In this document: one piece after another, positions 38,401 to 48,968 of the stretch
Layout: each line of letters opens with the position of its first letter
Position numbering within the stretch: the stretch's first letter is position 1
Assembly: GCF_016432865.1 (NCBI RefSeq)
Contig: NC_067399.1
Location: 141,732,001 to 141,796,000 of the forward strand
Origin: Antechinus flavipes
Taxonomy: Eukaryota
Direction: 5' to 3'
Length of the DNA stretch: 64,000 nt
The notes under the pieces: model-generated
Told to the model about the DNA's origin: nothing
Databases searched by the model: none
Seen by the model: the letters and a program-made list of their open reading frames with translations, nothing else
Program-made: the position numbers and the translations under genes

Positions 38401-38682
38401 AACTCCTTTACCACTTACTTACTGGAACCATCATTGGTGCTATTACATGTTGAGAGCTGTGTGTGTCCCAGCCGGACTCTTTGAGGACAGAGATTCTGTC
38501 TTCTTCCTCCTTCATGCTCTCTTCAGCATGTAGCCGAAGAGAACAGAGATGGGATAAATTCTGTCCTTCTAATATGACTCATGAGATAGGAGCGGAGTAG
38601 AAAGCCTGAGGTGGTGGAAGCAGAGGTGGATTTAAAGTCAGACGTCATGATTGTGAATTTCTGCTCTGATATTTGGGTGTGA

Positions 38683-38925
38683 AATGGTGCAGTGGAGAGA
38701 GCACTGGGCATGGAGTTAGAGAGCTCTTAGTTCAAATCCTGCTTCAGACATCTATGAGCTGTGTGATCTTAGACAAGTCACTAAGCTGCTGTCTGCCTCA
38801 GCTTCATCCTCTGAAGAATGGGGATAAAAATGGTACTCACTTCTCAGGATCTCTGTGAAGATAAAATGAAATAATGTTGATATAAGATACTTTGTTAATC
38901 TTAAGGTGTTGTATAAATGTTAGCT
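38683..38925 (+). mobile_element. MIR-type CORE-SINE
   Basis: agtggagagagcactgg...gttcaaatcctgcttcagaca...gacaagtcact...ctgcctcagcttc...tataaatgttagct (MIR head, core and tail). Confidence 0.75.
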
Positions 38926-38929
38926 CCTG

Positions 38930-39875
38930 GTACTGATGTTGCTGGTCCTATAACTATTTGTACTGATACTTTTATCACTGCCACTACTACTATTATTAGT
39001 AATACTATTTCTGCTGTTATTATCACCACTACTGCTACTTCTACTATTGCTGTTGCTACTACTATTACTTCTATTGTTGCTACTTCTACTGCTGCTGCTG
39101 CTTCTACTACCACCACTACTATTATTGCTACTATTACTACTTCTATTGTTGCTACTTCTACCATACAACTGCTATTGCTTCTATTACTAACTACTTCTGC
39201 TACTGCTTCTTCTACTATTACTATTATTGTTACTATTACTACTTCTATTGTTATTTCGACTTCTGCTACTACTTCTGCTTCTTCTACTATTACTATTATT
39301 GCTACTATTACTACTTCTATTGTTATTTCTACTTCTGCTACTACTTCTGCTTCTTCTACTATTACTATTATTGCTACTATTACTATTTCTATTGTTGCTA
39401 CTTCTGCTGTTGTTGCTACTTCTACCATACTACTGCTATTGCTTCTATTACTACTTCTGCTACTGCTTCTTCTACTATTACTATTATTGCTACTATTACT
39501 ACTTCTATTGTTGTTACTTCTACTTCTGTTACTACTTCTGCTTCTTCTACTATTACTATTATTGCTACTATTACTACTTCTATTGTTGCTACTTCTGCTG
39601 TTGTTGCTACTTCTACCACACTACTGCTGCTGCTTCTACTACTACTTCTATTGCTGTTGCTACTACTGCTGCTACCGCTATTGCTTCTTCTACTATTTCT
39701 GTTACTGCTGCTACTATCACAACTACTGCTATTAATACTACTACTTCTACTACTGCTGCTGCTGCTATTGGCACCACTACTGCTATTGCTACTATTACTA
39801 CTTCTATATGCTGCTGCTGCTACTACTACTTACTACCACTCCAGTTATTGCTACTCCTACTATACAACACCTACT
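38930..39875. repeat. ~0.95 kb degenerate trinucleotide array (ACT/GCT/TCT/ATT/GTT) with a 72-bp higher-order unit
   Basis: The 24-mer gcttcttctactattactattatt recurs at 39205, 39277, 39349, 39465 and 39540. Confidence 0.95.
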
Positions 39876-40619
39876 TGAGCCTTGACTTTCTCTTTTGCAG
39901 AATACACTTGATTTTAACTCTACTGCCTAGCTCACAGGGTTTGGAGGAGAGTCCTCTACAAACTCTTTCCTTCAAGGTCTCATAGTCTGGTTGAAGAACA
40001 TAGAGGAAACCCCTGGCAAATGATAAAAGAAAGCGTATCACTCAGTTCTACCCAAAGGGAATTTAGAGTTTTCAAGAGTAAAAAGGAGTGCTAGGATTCC
40101 CAGGCTCATAGAATTGAGACCTTAGATTGCATCCAACTTAATCACTGTGGCCCAGAGAAGGGTCACTGGCTCAAGGTCACACTGGAATTGAGTAGGGAAG
40201 GAAAGATTCAAAACCATATCTTGTGACTCCAAATTCAGGATTTGTTCCATGACACCTGGGTGCCTTCCTTACTAAGGAACAACTCAATAGATTGGGGGGA
40301 GGGAGAGTAGGGAGTAGGCATAATGGAGAGAGTCTGACCTATGTGGTGAACTTGGCACTTGGCTGAAATCTTTAGAACCAAGGATAGCACTCCTGCACTA
40401 GTGGTGCTTGTGGGTCCTACTTTCCTTAGAGATTCTGTTTCTAGTGCTGAGCCCCTGCAAGTTTGTGTGGTAGAACAGGGGAAACTCTGAAAATCCAGCT
40501 GTGCCAGGGATCTTGTTGCCCAAGGCTCCCAACACTGGAAGAATAGGGCAGTACCCCAAGGACTGAAAAATAGGTAGTTGCCAACAGGAAGGGTAGAAAC
40601 AACCCACACCTATGATGGT

Positions 40620-40870
40620 TGTCTTAAGGCCAACTTAAGGCCAAGTTTACTCAGCTTGAAGCTAATTCTAGTTTGCTGTGCCCAGGAGGGCTTTTGAGAA
40701 ATGAGAGCCCTTAGGAACTCAAACTGAATTATCAGCGCTTTAATTCTGAAGAGTCAGGAACAAACAAGCTTCAAAGCTAAGGGCTTGGCTTGGATTCTGA
40801 AATGCAGGGGCATTTCATGACCCCCATTGTCTAATGTAATATATAAGATCCCTGGACCAGGAGGCTGAGG
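40620..40870 (+). promoter_or_regulatory. SFTPC: SFTPC proximal promoter with TATA box
   Basis: TATATAAG at 40840-40847, ~55 nt before the ATG. NFI-like half-sites (GCCAA twice within tandem CTTAAGGCCAA 40623-40644; TTGGC 40785-40789) and CAAG/CTTG NKX2-1-type cores are motif matches only. Confidence 0.65.
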
Positions 40871-40899
40871 GTTTGAGGACGGGAAGAGGCTGAAGTAAC

Positions 40900-40950
40900 A
40901 TGGATGTGGGCACCAAAGAGATCTTGATGGAGAATGCACTGCCACCACCG
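40900..40950 (+). CDS. SFTPC: SFTPC exon 1 coding part: MDVGTKEILMENALPPP
   Basis: ATG at 40900, 51 nt to a GTAAGA donor; human is MDVGSKEVLMESPP. Confidence 0.93.
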
Positions 40951-41266
40951 GTAAGAGGAAGTTTGGGAAGGATGAGAAAGGGCCCCCTGCTAGGAAGCTA
41001 TGATACAATGGGACTATGGGCATTCATAAACCTATACCCTGGACTAAGGCATTTCATGGACATTTATTGCCCCTAGAAGCTTGGCACACATGTTGACCTG
41101 GAGCAGCCAAAGGTGGGGATATAGGAATGATAGTCAATTCCTGTGTCTTCCTTGAAGCCCTTCCCTGATTACTATCTCTTGTAGATTTCTCCTTCCCTTC
41201 AACTCTTTTATTAATTCCTAACTGGGACAATCATTGGTACCATTGCATGTTGTGTTATCTCTGTTT

Positions 41267-41433
41267 NNNNNNNNNNNNNNNNNNNNNNNNNNNNNNNNNN
41301 NNNNNNNNNNNNNNNNNNNNNNNNNNNNNNNNNNNNNNNNNNNNNNNNNNNNNNNNNNNNNNNNNNNNNNNNNNNNNNNNNNNNNNNNNNNNNNNNNNNN
41401 NNNNNNNNNNNNNNNNNNNNNNNNNNNNNNNNN
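41267..41433. other. N-gap in SFTPC intron 1
   Basis: 167 Ns. Confidence 0.95.
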
Positions 41434-42026
41434 AGAGATTCTGCTTTCTACCTCCTTTTATTCTTTTCAGGACCTAGCAGTACAGTGAATAGCAGGAATG
41501 TGATAAAATCTTGATGACTTGTTGCTCAATACCCAGGAGAAGTCTTTAGGAATCTGTTTATATAGTGTAAAAGAATGGGTGACATCAGAGATAGGAATAG
41601 GATGGCAAAAAAAAAAAAAATCAAAAATAAAGAAAAGGATAGAAAAGGAAAGGAAAGGAAAAAGAGAGACATTAAGGGATCTTTTGTAAAAATGAAGAAT
41701 AAAGAATGGAAAGAAAATCAGAAAGAAGCACAGACAAGCAGGATAGCTTTAAAACATACTTTAAAAGAAAGCAAGCTGTTGATAACAGCTATCTGTGGTT
41801 TTGTTGGCAATCTTGAATTTTTTTCCATTGTATATATGGAAATGCTTATTTTTATTTGATATTTTAAAGTTCAAAATAAAAGTAATTTTTTTAAGAAAAA
41901 AAAAAGAATGGATATCTTTGTTAACTGACATAAGGAATCAAGTGGCAGTAAGGGTAGGGCAGGGAGTCATCTAGTCACGTACTTTGGCTTTGACCGTAAT
42001 TTCCCTGGGCCCTCTCCCCATAACAG

Positions 42027-42185
42027 GACTATTCAGCTGCCTCTCAAGGCCGACTTAGAATACCCTGCTGCCCTCTGAACATCAAGCGGCTGCTCATCAT
42101 CGTGGTGGTCGTGGTTTTGGTAGTGGTTGTGGTGCTGGGGGCTCTGCTCATGGGACTACATATGAGTCAAAAGCACACAGAGATG
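42027..42185 (+). CDS. SFTPC: SFTPC exon 2 (mature SP-C): [53 protein letters not shown]
   Basis: 159 nt, AG/GTGAGG boundaries, IPCCP palmitoylation site, poly-Val helix, GALLMGL. Not shown in the ORF track. Confidence 0.98.
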
Positions 42186-42609
42186 GTGAGGAGGTGCCAG
42201 AGAGATGGGCAGCTTGGGAGTGGGCTGGTAGGATGGGCAGGGAACAGTGAAATTTGATTTGGGATGATGTGGGGTGGTCCCTGTGAGCAGAAGATCGTGG
42301 GGCTATTGAGAAGGTTGAGCATGGAAGGCATGGCGGAATAGGTGCAAAGCAGGAGCAGAAAGAATAGACATAATAGACCTAACTTTTGCCCTTTATCAAG
42401 ACAGCTTGATCTGATTAAAAAGTAGCAGAATTGGCACCTTCACACTCTCACCACATAAGCCCAAATGCTCTCCTCAGTTCATTCTGGCTGAGTAGCACTG
42501 CCCATACACCAGCCAAAGGCTACACTTTGAATAGAACCCTGAAAGAATAAGAAAGGAAAGCCCACATGAAATGAGAAGACACGGCAGAACTAACAGTCCA
42601 ATTTTCTAG

Positions 42610-42732
42610 ATCCTGGAGATGAGCATTGGGGGGCCGGATGTCCAGCAGCGCCTGGCCCTCAGCAGGCATGAGGGAACCATCTCTACCTTCTCCATTGGGT
42701 CTTCTGGCACTGTGGTGTATGATTACTATCGG
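42610..42732 (+). CDS. SFTPC: SFTPC exon 3: [41 protein letters not shown]
   Basis: 123 nt, AG/GTATGC boundaries, linker plus start of BRICHOS. Confidence 0.96.
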
Positions 42733-43103
42733 GTATGCAAAAGATGATCTAGGACTGGTGTTAGGTGGGGGGTAAGGGTGGGGCAAGTCAATCACCAGAT
42801 TGGCTGGAAGGTGGGGTTCACTATCTCTCTCAAGCATGTTTGGGATTTAGTTTAGGTGCAAACATGCCTGAACACCAGCCTCCACCCTTGTTCCTTCCTC
42901 CATACTTCATTCTATAATGGTCACCTGATCCTGAGTTTTTAGCTCCCAAAAGACCAGCAGGCTCCAATGCTGATCCTCACAGTCCACTAGATGGAGACTG
43001 ATACTCTGAACCCTCAAAGGATCAGGATCCAAGGCTTGTTGAGAGCTAGGTTGTAGAAGAGGAAGAAATTTTCTTCAGTCCAGTTTTTTCTTTTCATACT
43101 CAG

Positions 43104-43214
43104 CTTCTGATTGCATATAAACCTGCCCCGGGTGCCACCTGTTACATCACTCAAATGACTCCAGAGGATATCCCTAGCCTAGATGTCATCACTCGAAAAT
43201 TTCAGAGTCACCTG
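43104..43214 (+). CDS. SFTPC: SFTPC exon 4: [37 protein letters not shown]
   Basis: 111 nt, AG/GTGAGT boundaries, [20 protein letters not shown]. Confidence 0.96.
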
Positions 43215-43304
43215 GTGAGTGGTGCTCCCCATTTCCATTGCATACTCAAGTATTTTTAGCTGATGTCAATCATATTCCACCCTTGGGGAAATGTCTTTTT
43301 TTAG

Positions 43305-43442
43305 GCTAAACCTTCTTTGCCCACTGCTAACCTGAATCAGGAGGAGGATACCCCTGCCAGCTCAGAGTCCCAGGTGGACCAGGCTTTCTTGGGCACTACT
43401 ATGAAAGTCCTTTGTGGCAAAGTTCCTCTACACTACATTTAG
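43305..43442 (+). CDS. SFTPC: SFTPC exon 5 coding part: AKPSLPTANLNQEEDTPASSESQVDQAFLGTTMKVLCGKVPLHYI*
   Basis: 138 nt with TAG at 43440-43442, followed by a GTGAGC donor at 43453. Total 582 nt = 193 aa. Confidence 0.95.
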   Translation, partial: AKPSLPTANLNQEEDTPASSESQVDQAFLGTTMKVLCGKVPLHYI

Positions 43443-43880
43443 GGACTATCTGGTGAGCAAGGGGATAGAGGCAAGATTCTTGGAGGGTACTGCTAAATTG
43501 AACCAAGGGAATTGTGGAAAACATGACATTATGTCTGTGTCTGCCAAAGGGCACTGAACTCAGATGAACTATGGGTAGAAGTGGAGGGGGTGGAGGAGGC
43601 AGATTATGCTCAGGAAAGCCCAGAAGTGAGAATGGGGATGAAGAGGAGAGCTGAGGTTCTCATTTTCTCCCCTTCCTCTGGAGAGGAACCTTACAAGTCT
43701 TTAAGTCTAGCTCCCTCATATTACAAATAAGGAAACTGAGGCACAGAGAGATTAAATAAATTTCTGACAATAACATAGCAGGTAAAAACCTGGAACTAGG
43801 TCCAAGTCCAGAGTTTTGTATGGTGCCGGCTGGCTTTCTGGTAACTTTGTCCCATGGTAACTAGGATATTTGCTTTCTAG

Positions 43881-44070
43881 GTTCTGGGCTGCCAAGAGAG
43901 CAGAAGAGATCCTGCATGGTTCCTGAGTTTGAAGAAGGTTATAGTTTAAAAGGAGTAGAAAAGGAGGGGGTTAGGAAAGGGGTGGGGGGGAGGAGGTTGA
44001 AGGGAAGAAGTGTGTTTGCTGGATGCAGGTACTTCTGTTACAAAAATAATAAAATTACTTTATGAGCTCT
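43881..44070 (+). other. SFTPC: Probable SFTPC non-coding exon 6 (3' UTR) with AATAAA at 44048-44053
   Basis: Acceptor tgctttctag ending at 43880 and a polyA signal; human SFTPC also has a non-coding sixth exon. Confidence 0.55.
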
Positions 44071-44483
44071 TTAAAAAAAACTTTTCTGTAAAACCTTGAG
44101 TGTGTTCCTTCCTGTCTGTCAGTCCACTACATCTCCCCGACCAGGGTCTCGGGGACTTATGGAGTAATGAATAGCGTTCTAAGGTAGGGCTGGGAAAGAC
44201 GGTTGGCAGATAGGGGAGAACAGAAAGCTCCTCCCTCCGCTTTGTAGAACGTGACTCCTTGTCCCGGACACGAGTGGGGAAGTAGCTGAGATTTGAGGAG
44301 CGATCAGCGAGGCTGTAGCGCCCTCCCATGGCTATTTCAGAAACGTCCTTTTTCCGTGAAAAAAAGACAAGTTTAGAAGAAACAGAGAAAGAAAGAGAAA
44401 GAAACCAAGAGGGACCGAAGAGAGAAAAAGAGAAAGAGACACAGAGAGACATATATACAGAAAGGAAGTGAGGGAGGGAAGAG

Positions 44484-44615
44484 NNNNNNNNNNNNNNNNN
44501 NNNNNNNNNNNNNNNNNNNNNNNNNNNNNNNNNNNNNNNNNNNNNNNNNNNNNNNNNNNNNNNNNNNNNNNNNNNNNNNNNNNNNNNNNNNNNNNNNNNN
44601 NNNNNNNNNNNNNNN
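44484..44615. other. N-gap within a purine-rich repeat between SFTPC and BMP1
   Basis: 132 Ns flanked by GA-rich sequence. Confidence 0.95.
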
Positions 44616-44829
44616 GGGCAGCGGGACAGAAGAAAAAAGAGGAAGTGAAAGAGGTAGAAAGAAAGGAAAGAGAAGAGGAGTTTCTGCAGGGACTGTGGCT
44701 GGAGGTGGAGGTGGTGGTGGGGCGCTTCTTTTTCTGTGACAAAATCTTAGGACTCCTTGGCACCCTAGGGACACCCTATGGAGAAACTCAACCATTAGGA
44801 GGCACTCCCCTGAAGCTTCCACCCCACAA

Positions 44830-45502
44830 GTGAACTCCGTACCGGGGCCACATCGCACTGTTTTTTTCTCTAGCACCCGCGCCCCACGCGTGTCCCTTGG
44901 TGCCCGGAGCTCCCTGTTCTCCCAGGCCTGCGCGGGTGGAGCCAGCAGTAGCAGCAACTGCAGCAGTGGTGGTGGCGGCGGCAGCGGCCAGAACCCCCAC
45001 CCCCCACGCGTGGAGGGGGCCCCCTCCCGTTCCTCGGCGGGAGGGACCGCGACCGCCCGCGGGCCGGCTAGCTGCTTCCCCGCCTCCGGCTGGCCCCATT
45101 CCCGGGGCTGAGCACAGTCCGGGCCCCGAGGGGGGCTGAGCTCCGAGCGAAAACACGCCCTCCGGCGAGCTCATTTCCCTAAAAGAAAAAAAAAAAGAGG
45201 AAAAAAAAGAGGGGGGGAGGAAGAGAGGGAGAGAAAAGCAAGAGCCGGAGAGGGAGAGAGAAGGGGGAGAGAAATTGAGAAAGGGGGTGGACGGGAAGAG
45301 AGGGAGGAGGAGAGGAGGGGAAGAGATAGGAGAGGAGGGAGAGAGGGAGGGGTAGAGAGCCGGAGAAAGAGAGGGAGAAAGAGAGAGAGAGAGAGAGAAA
45401 GAAAAAAAAAGCCCTCCCTTCTCCTTCCATTCCTCCTCTTCCCCTCCTTCCTTCTCTGCTCTCTCGGGCTCGGCCCCGGCCCGTAGTCGCATCCCCGCCA
45501 GC
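44830..45502 (+). promoter_or_regulatory. BMP1: BMP1 CpG-island promoter / 5' UTR including a polypurine-polypyrimidine block
   Basis: CpG-rich sequence directly upstream of ccgccagcATG at 45503. Confidence 0.7.
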
Positions 45503-45692
45503 ATGCCGGGCTCAGCCGCTCGCCCGTCCCTGCTGCTGCTGCTGCTGCAGCTGCCGCTGCCGCTGCTGTCCTTACTGCTGCTGCTGCTGTCCCCGCACCC
45601 GGCCCGGGCTCTGGATTTGGCCGATTACACCTATGACCTGGGTGACGAGGAGGATCCGGAGCCCCTGAACTACAAAGACCCTTGCAAAGCCG
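45503..45692 (+). CDS. BMP1: BMP1 exon 1 coding part: signal peptide + [27 protein letters not shown]
   Basis: 190 nt to a GTAAGT donor; BMP1-specific [10 protein letters not shown]...[11 protein letters not shown]. Confidence 0.97.
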
Positions 45693-48600
45693 GTAAGTGT
45701 CCCCCACCACTACCACCAGGGTGGGGAGGGCAGGCCTGGAGCTGGGGGGGGGGGGTGAGCAATGAAGGTTGGGAGGGGGCTAGTATGGGAGAGGAGGCAA
45801 GAAGATCCCTGCCACGCCACGGGGTCTACTAGGGGTTCGAGTTGGGGGAGGACAGTCCAGTGTGGGAAGCCGAGCCTGCCTGGTTGGCAATGCAGCGGGG
45901 AACAAAAGAGAGAGGGAGAGAGGGAGGGGGAAGTTTGGGGGACTTCTAGGACAGAAGTTTTGCTGCTGCCACCGCTGCCTGTTGCTGCTGCCTGCTGCTA
46001 TTTCTCTGATTCCAGGAGAGGATTCCTAGGGAAATCTCCCAGGATCCGGGAAGGCAGCTGCTGGGCAGTCCGTTTTCCAATCCACTGGAAATTTTTTTTG
46101 GCCACACTTGTGTATGTGTGTGTGTTCGACCCTGTGCAATTTTTCCTTTCTTTCCACTCCTCCCCTCACCCCCCATCTCCTCTTCTGGAGCTGTAGAAGT
46201 TTTCCAGTCTATCCCTGATGGTCCTTGGGATTGCCTGACTACTAGTGGAAAGGAGAGGTGGGGAAATCCCTATGGGCCTAATCGGGACAGGCCTCTGACC
46301 CAAGGGGGAGAGGATAGGTTTTTTTTTTTTTTTCCTTATGAATGATGAGATTTCAGCTTCTCTTGTTGCCTGGGATTCTTTGGGTGGTTGTAAGCCCCCA
46401 CCATGCTTGGGGAGACTGGTTAATCAGCTGTCAAAATCAATGAACACAACCCAGAGAGGGAATTAACCTTTCCCCACATGCCAGGAGGAGGCTCACTGGC
46501 ACCCCCACGCCTAAGGCCAAGTTGGTGGTGGAGAAAGGGAGGACACAAAGAGAAGTGGAATCTTAAATATCCACTTTCCTACTCCACCAGAGCAGGAGGT
46601 TAATTAGTAGAGGTCAGGGTCTTGGGTCTGTGTGATGAGGTGTGTATATAAGAGTGTGCAGCCTCACTGTGGCTCATTGGAGAGTGTGTTTAACCCTACC
46701 CTGTAAAGGGTCCTGCCTTAGGAAGGTCTAGGTGGTCAGGCCACAGGGCCATTTGTGTTATAGGAAGTCCTAGAACAGGGTTGCCTGGGGACAAGGAGCC
46801 ACATAAAGTATAGAGATAGCTGGGCTTTGTAGTTCAGGTCAGATCTCTCCAAAGAAGTTGGGGGTCGGGGAAGAGAATAAAAAGATGGAGTGGAGAGGAA
46901 GAAGAATTCTCAGGGCTGATGGGGAAGCCTTCTGGGGTAAGCCTGGCCCCCTAATATTGTGAACCACTAGCTCTTATAGAAAAAGTCCTCCTTCTAATGA
47001 CTTCTTCCAATCTCTCCAATTCACTGAGGTCACTGTCAGGTTTCTTGGTAGAGAGGGACCACTGCAGGGACAGAATTTTCCCTACTCATCAATACCCACA
47101 TCTGCCTTCAGTTCTGAACCAGAATCCTTTATTGACTTCAGTTCAACAATTCAGGAGACAATTAACAAATACTTTCTAAGTACAAAGCATTGTGCTCAGT
47201 GGTGGGGGATCCAGAATATCTGTTTATTTGGATGGTCAGTTGGTTGGTTGGTATGGTTTTTTAAAGGGCATAGCATGAGTTCTAGAGGACTTTAAGAGGG
47301 GCTCAGATAGTGACTCCCTTAGTATTCTTCCTAACTTCTATCCTCTGTATGTTACTCCTCAAAAAAACTTTAGCAGCTTCCCATTGTCTTATTTAAAAAA
47401 AGTATAAAGTGCTGATCAATCTGCCTTTTTCTCTAGCACCCTTAATTCCCTTCCTTTATTCTATGCCATGGTCAGACTGGCTATATCTTCAGTCCTCATT
47501 CTCATTCAGGACTTTCTTTCCCCTTGCCCATTAGAAGTTTATTGCCTGTAGGCATTTTTCATTCTTTGTACTTATATTGCCAATGGCCTCAAATGGTATC
47601 TGGCATTTAGGAGGTGTTTAATAACCGCCTGTTGATTGATTGATTTGCTCACACTGTACCCTGCATCTGGAATAGATTTCCTACTTCTCCAATTTCAGTC
47701 AGTTAACTGACACCACCCTCACCCCCACCCCCAACTGAACAGCCAACTTAGGTGCCTCCTCCATGAAGATTTCCCTGATCTCTCCCTCTTCTTTGACTTC
47801 TTCTCCCCCCACCCATCAAGTAAAAGTGGTTGCTCAAATTTCTCTTTGTGTGGATTTCTCCTTTACCCTTTATTCTTTGTGCTCATATTTTCTTCTAACT
47901 ATAAGCACCTTGAGAATTGAGCTTGTGTCCTAATTCTATTAATAATCACAGTGCCTGGTGCAGAATAGGTGACAAATGTAATAATGTTTGTTGAATAAAA
48001 AAGAAATTTGAGAAGGATAAAATTGCTTATAGCACTTATAATTTATGTTGCTATATTTCAGTCCTTTCTTCTCTATACTTGCTGGGAAGAGAGACAGATA
48101 GAGGATGGTTGTCTGGTGAAAAGAGAGTTCTTGTCCCCTAAGTCAAGGTCCAGGTGTCCCCAAAGGAGTTTGTGTACTCTTTCTTTGAATAAATGGACAT
48201 TTCCTGTGCATCTATTATGAACAGGGCTGATGGAACCACAAACTCTGGCAACTTACTGAAAATGTGTTATATGGGGTGTTCTGCCATCATACAGTTTATT
48301 AGTCTAGAAGAGGGAGACAAGACATACATGTATAAAATGTAATTACTAATATAGCTAATATATAAGTGCCATATAAATGGCAGAAAATTTATGATAGGAG
48401 AGTCTGTGATCTTTAGAGAAATTCAGTTCTCACTTTCCTTATCTGTAAAATGAAGGGGTTGAAATCAATGATTTCTAAGGTCCTTTCCAACTCTAAATGT
48501 GGGAGCAGGGAGAAAAAGCATTTATTAACCACCTATTATGAGTCAGACATGATGCTAAGCACCTTATGAATATAATCTATTTGTCTATTTCTAATAGAAA

Positions 48601-48912
48601 TTGTTTCTTTTCTCTCTGACTCTTCCATTTGAAGAGTTGCAGTGGGGATAGACTTAAGTCCCCAAGCTCCACTGGTAAGGGACTGAATAGGAGTGGTGAT
48701 AATAGTAATGGGTACTTGCTCAGGAGAAAGTCCAAACTGATAGCAAAATTAAGCTGCTGAGACTGAGGGGATAACCCCCATGCTCCAGAGATGATGTGGT
48801 TATAGGGGATAGCAATCTCTGGGTCAGTGACAAAGCAAACTGCAGGTCAAACTGGGCAAGTTGTTCTTACCCACCTATGTGGCCATTTCCAAAAACAAAT
48901 TTCCAATCCCCT

Positions 48913-48916
<4 letters not shown>

Positions 48917-48966
<50 letters not shown>
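48917..48966. repeat. (AC)25 microsatellite in BMP1 intron 1
   Basis: Perfect dinucleotide run. Confidence 0.97.

Positions 48967-48968
<2 letters not shown>

Noticed and set aside
38901-39985. Mucin-like, poly-Leu and Val/Ile/Glu-rich ORFs as real genes
   Set aside because: Openness follows from the triplet composition, and there is no splice or promoter evidence. Kept only as a repeat finding.
42984-42996. CTCF-like CCACTAGATGGAG in SFTPC intron 3
   Set aside because: Mismatch at a highly conserved C of the core, and weaker than the site at 19524.
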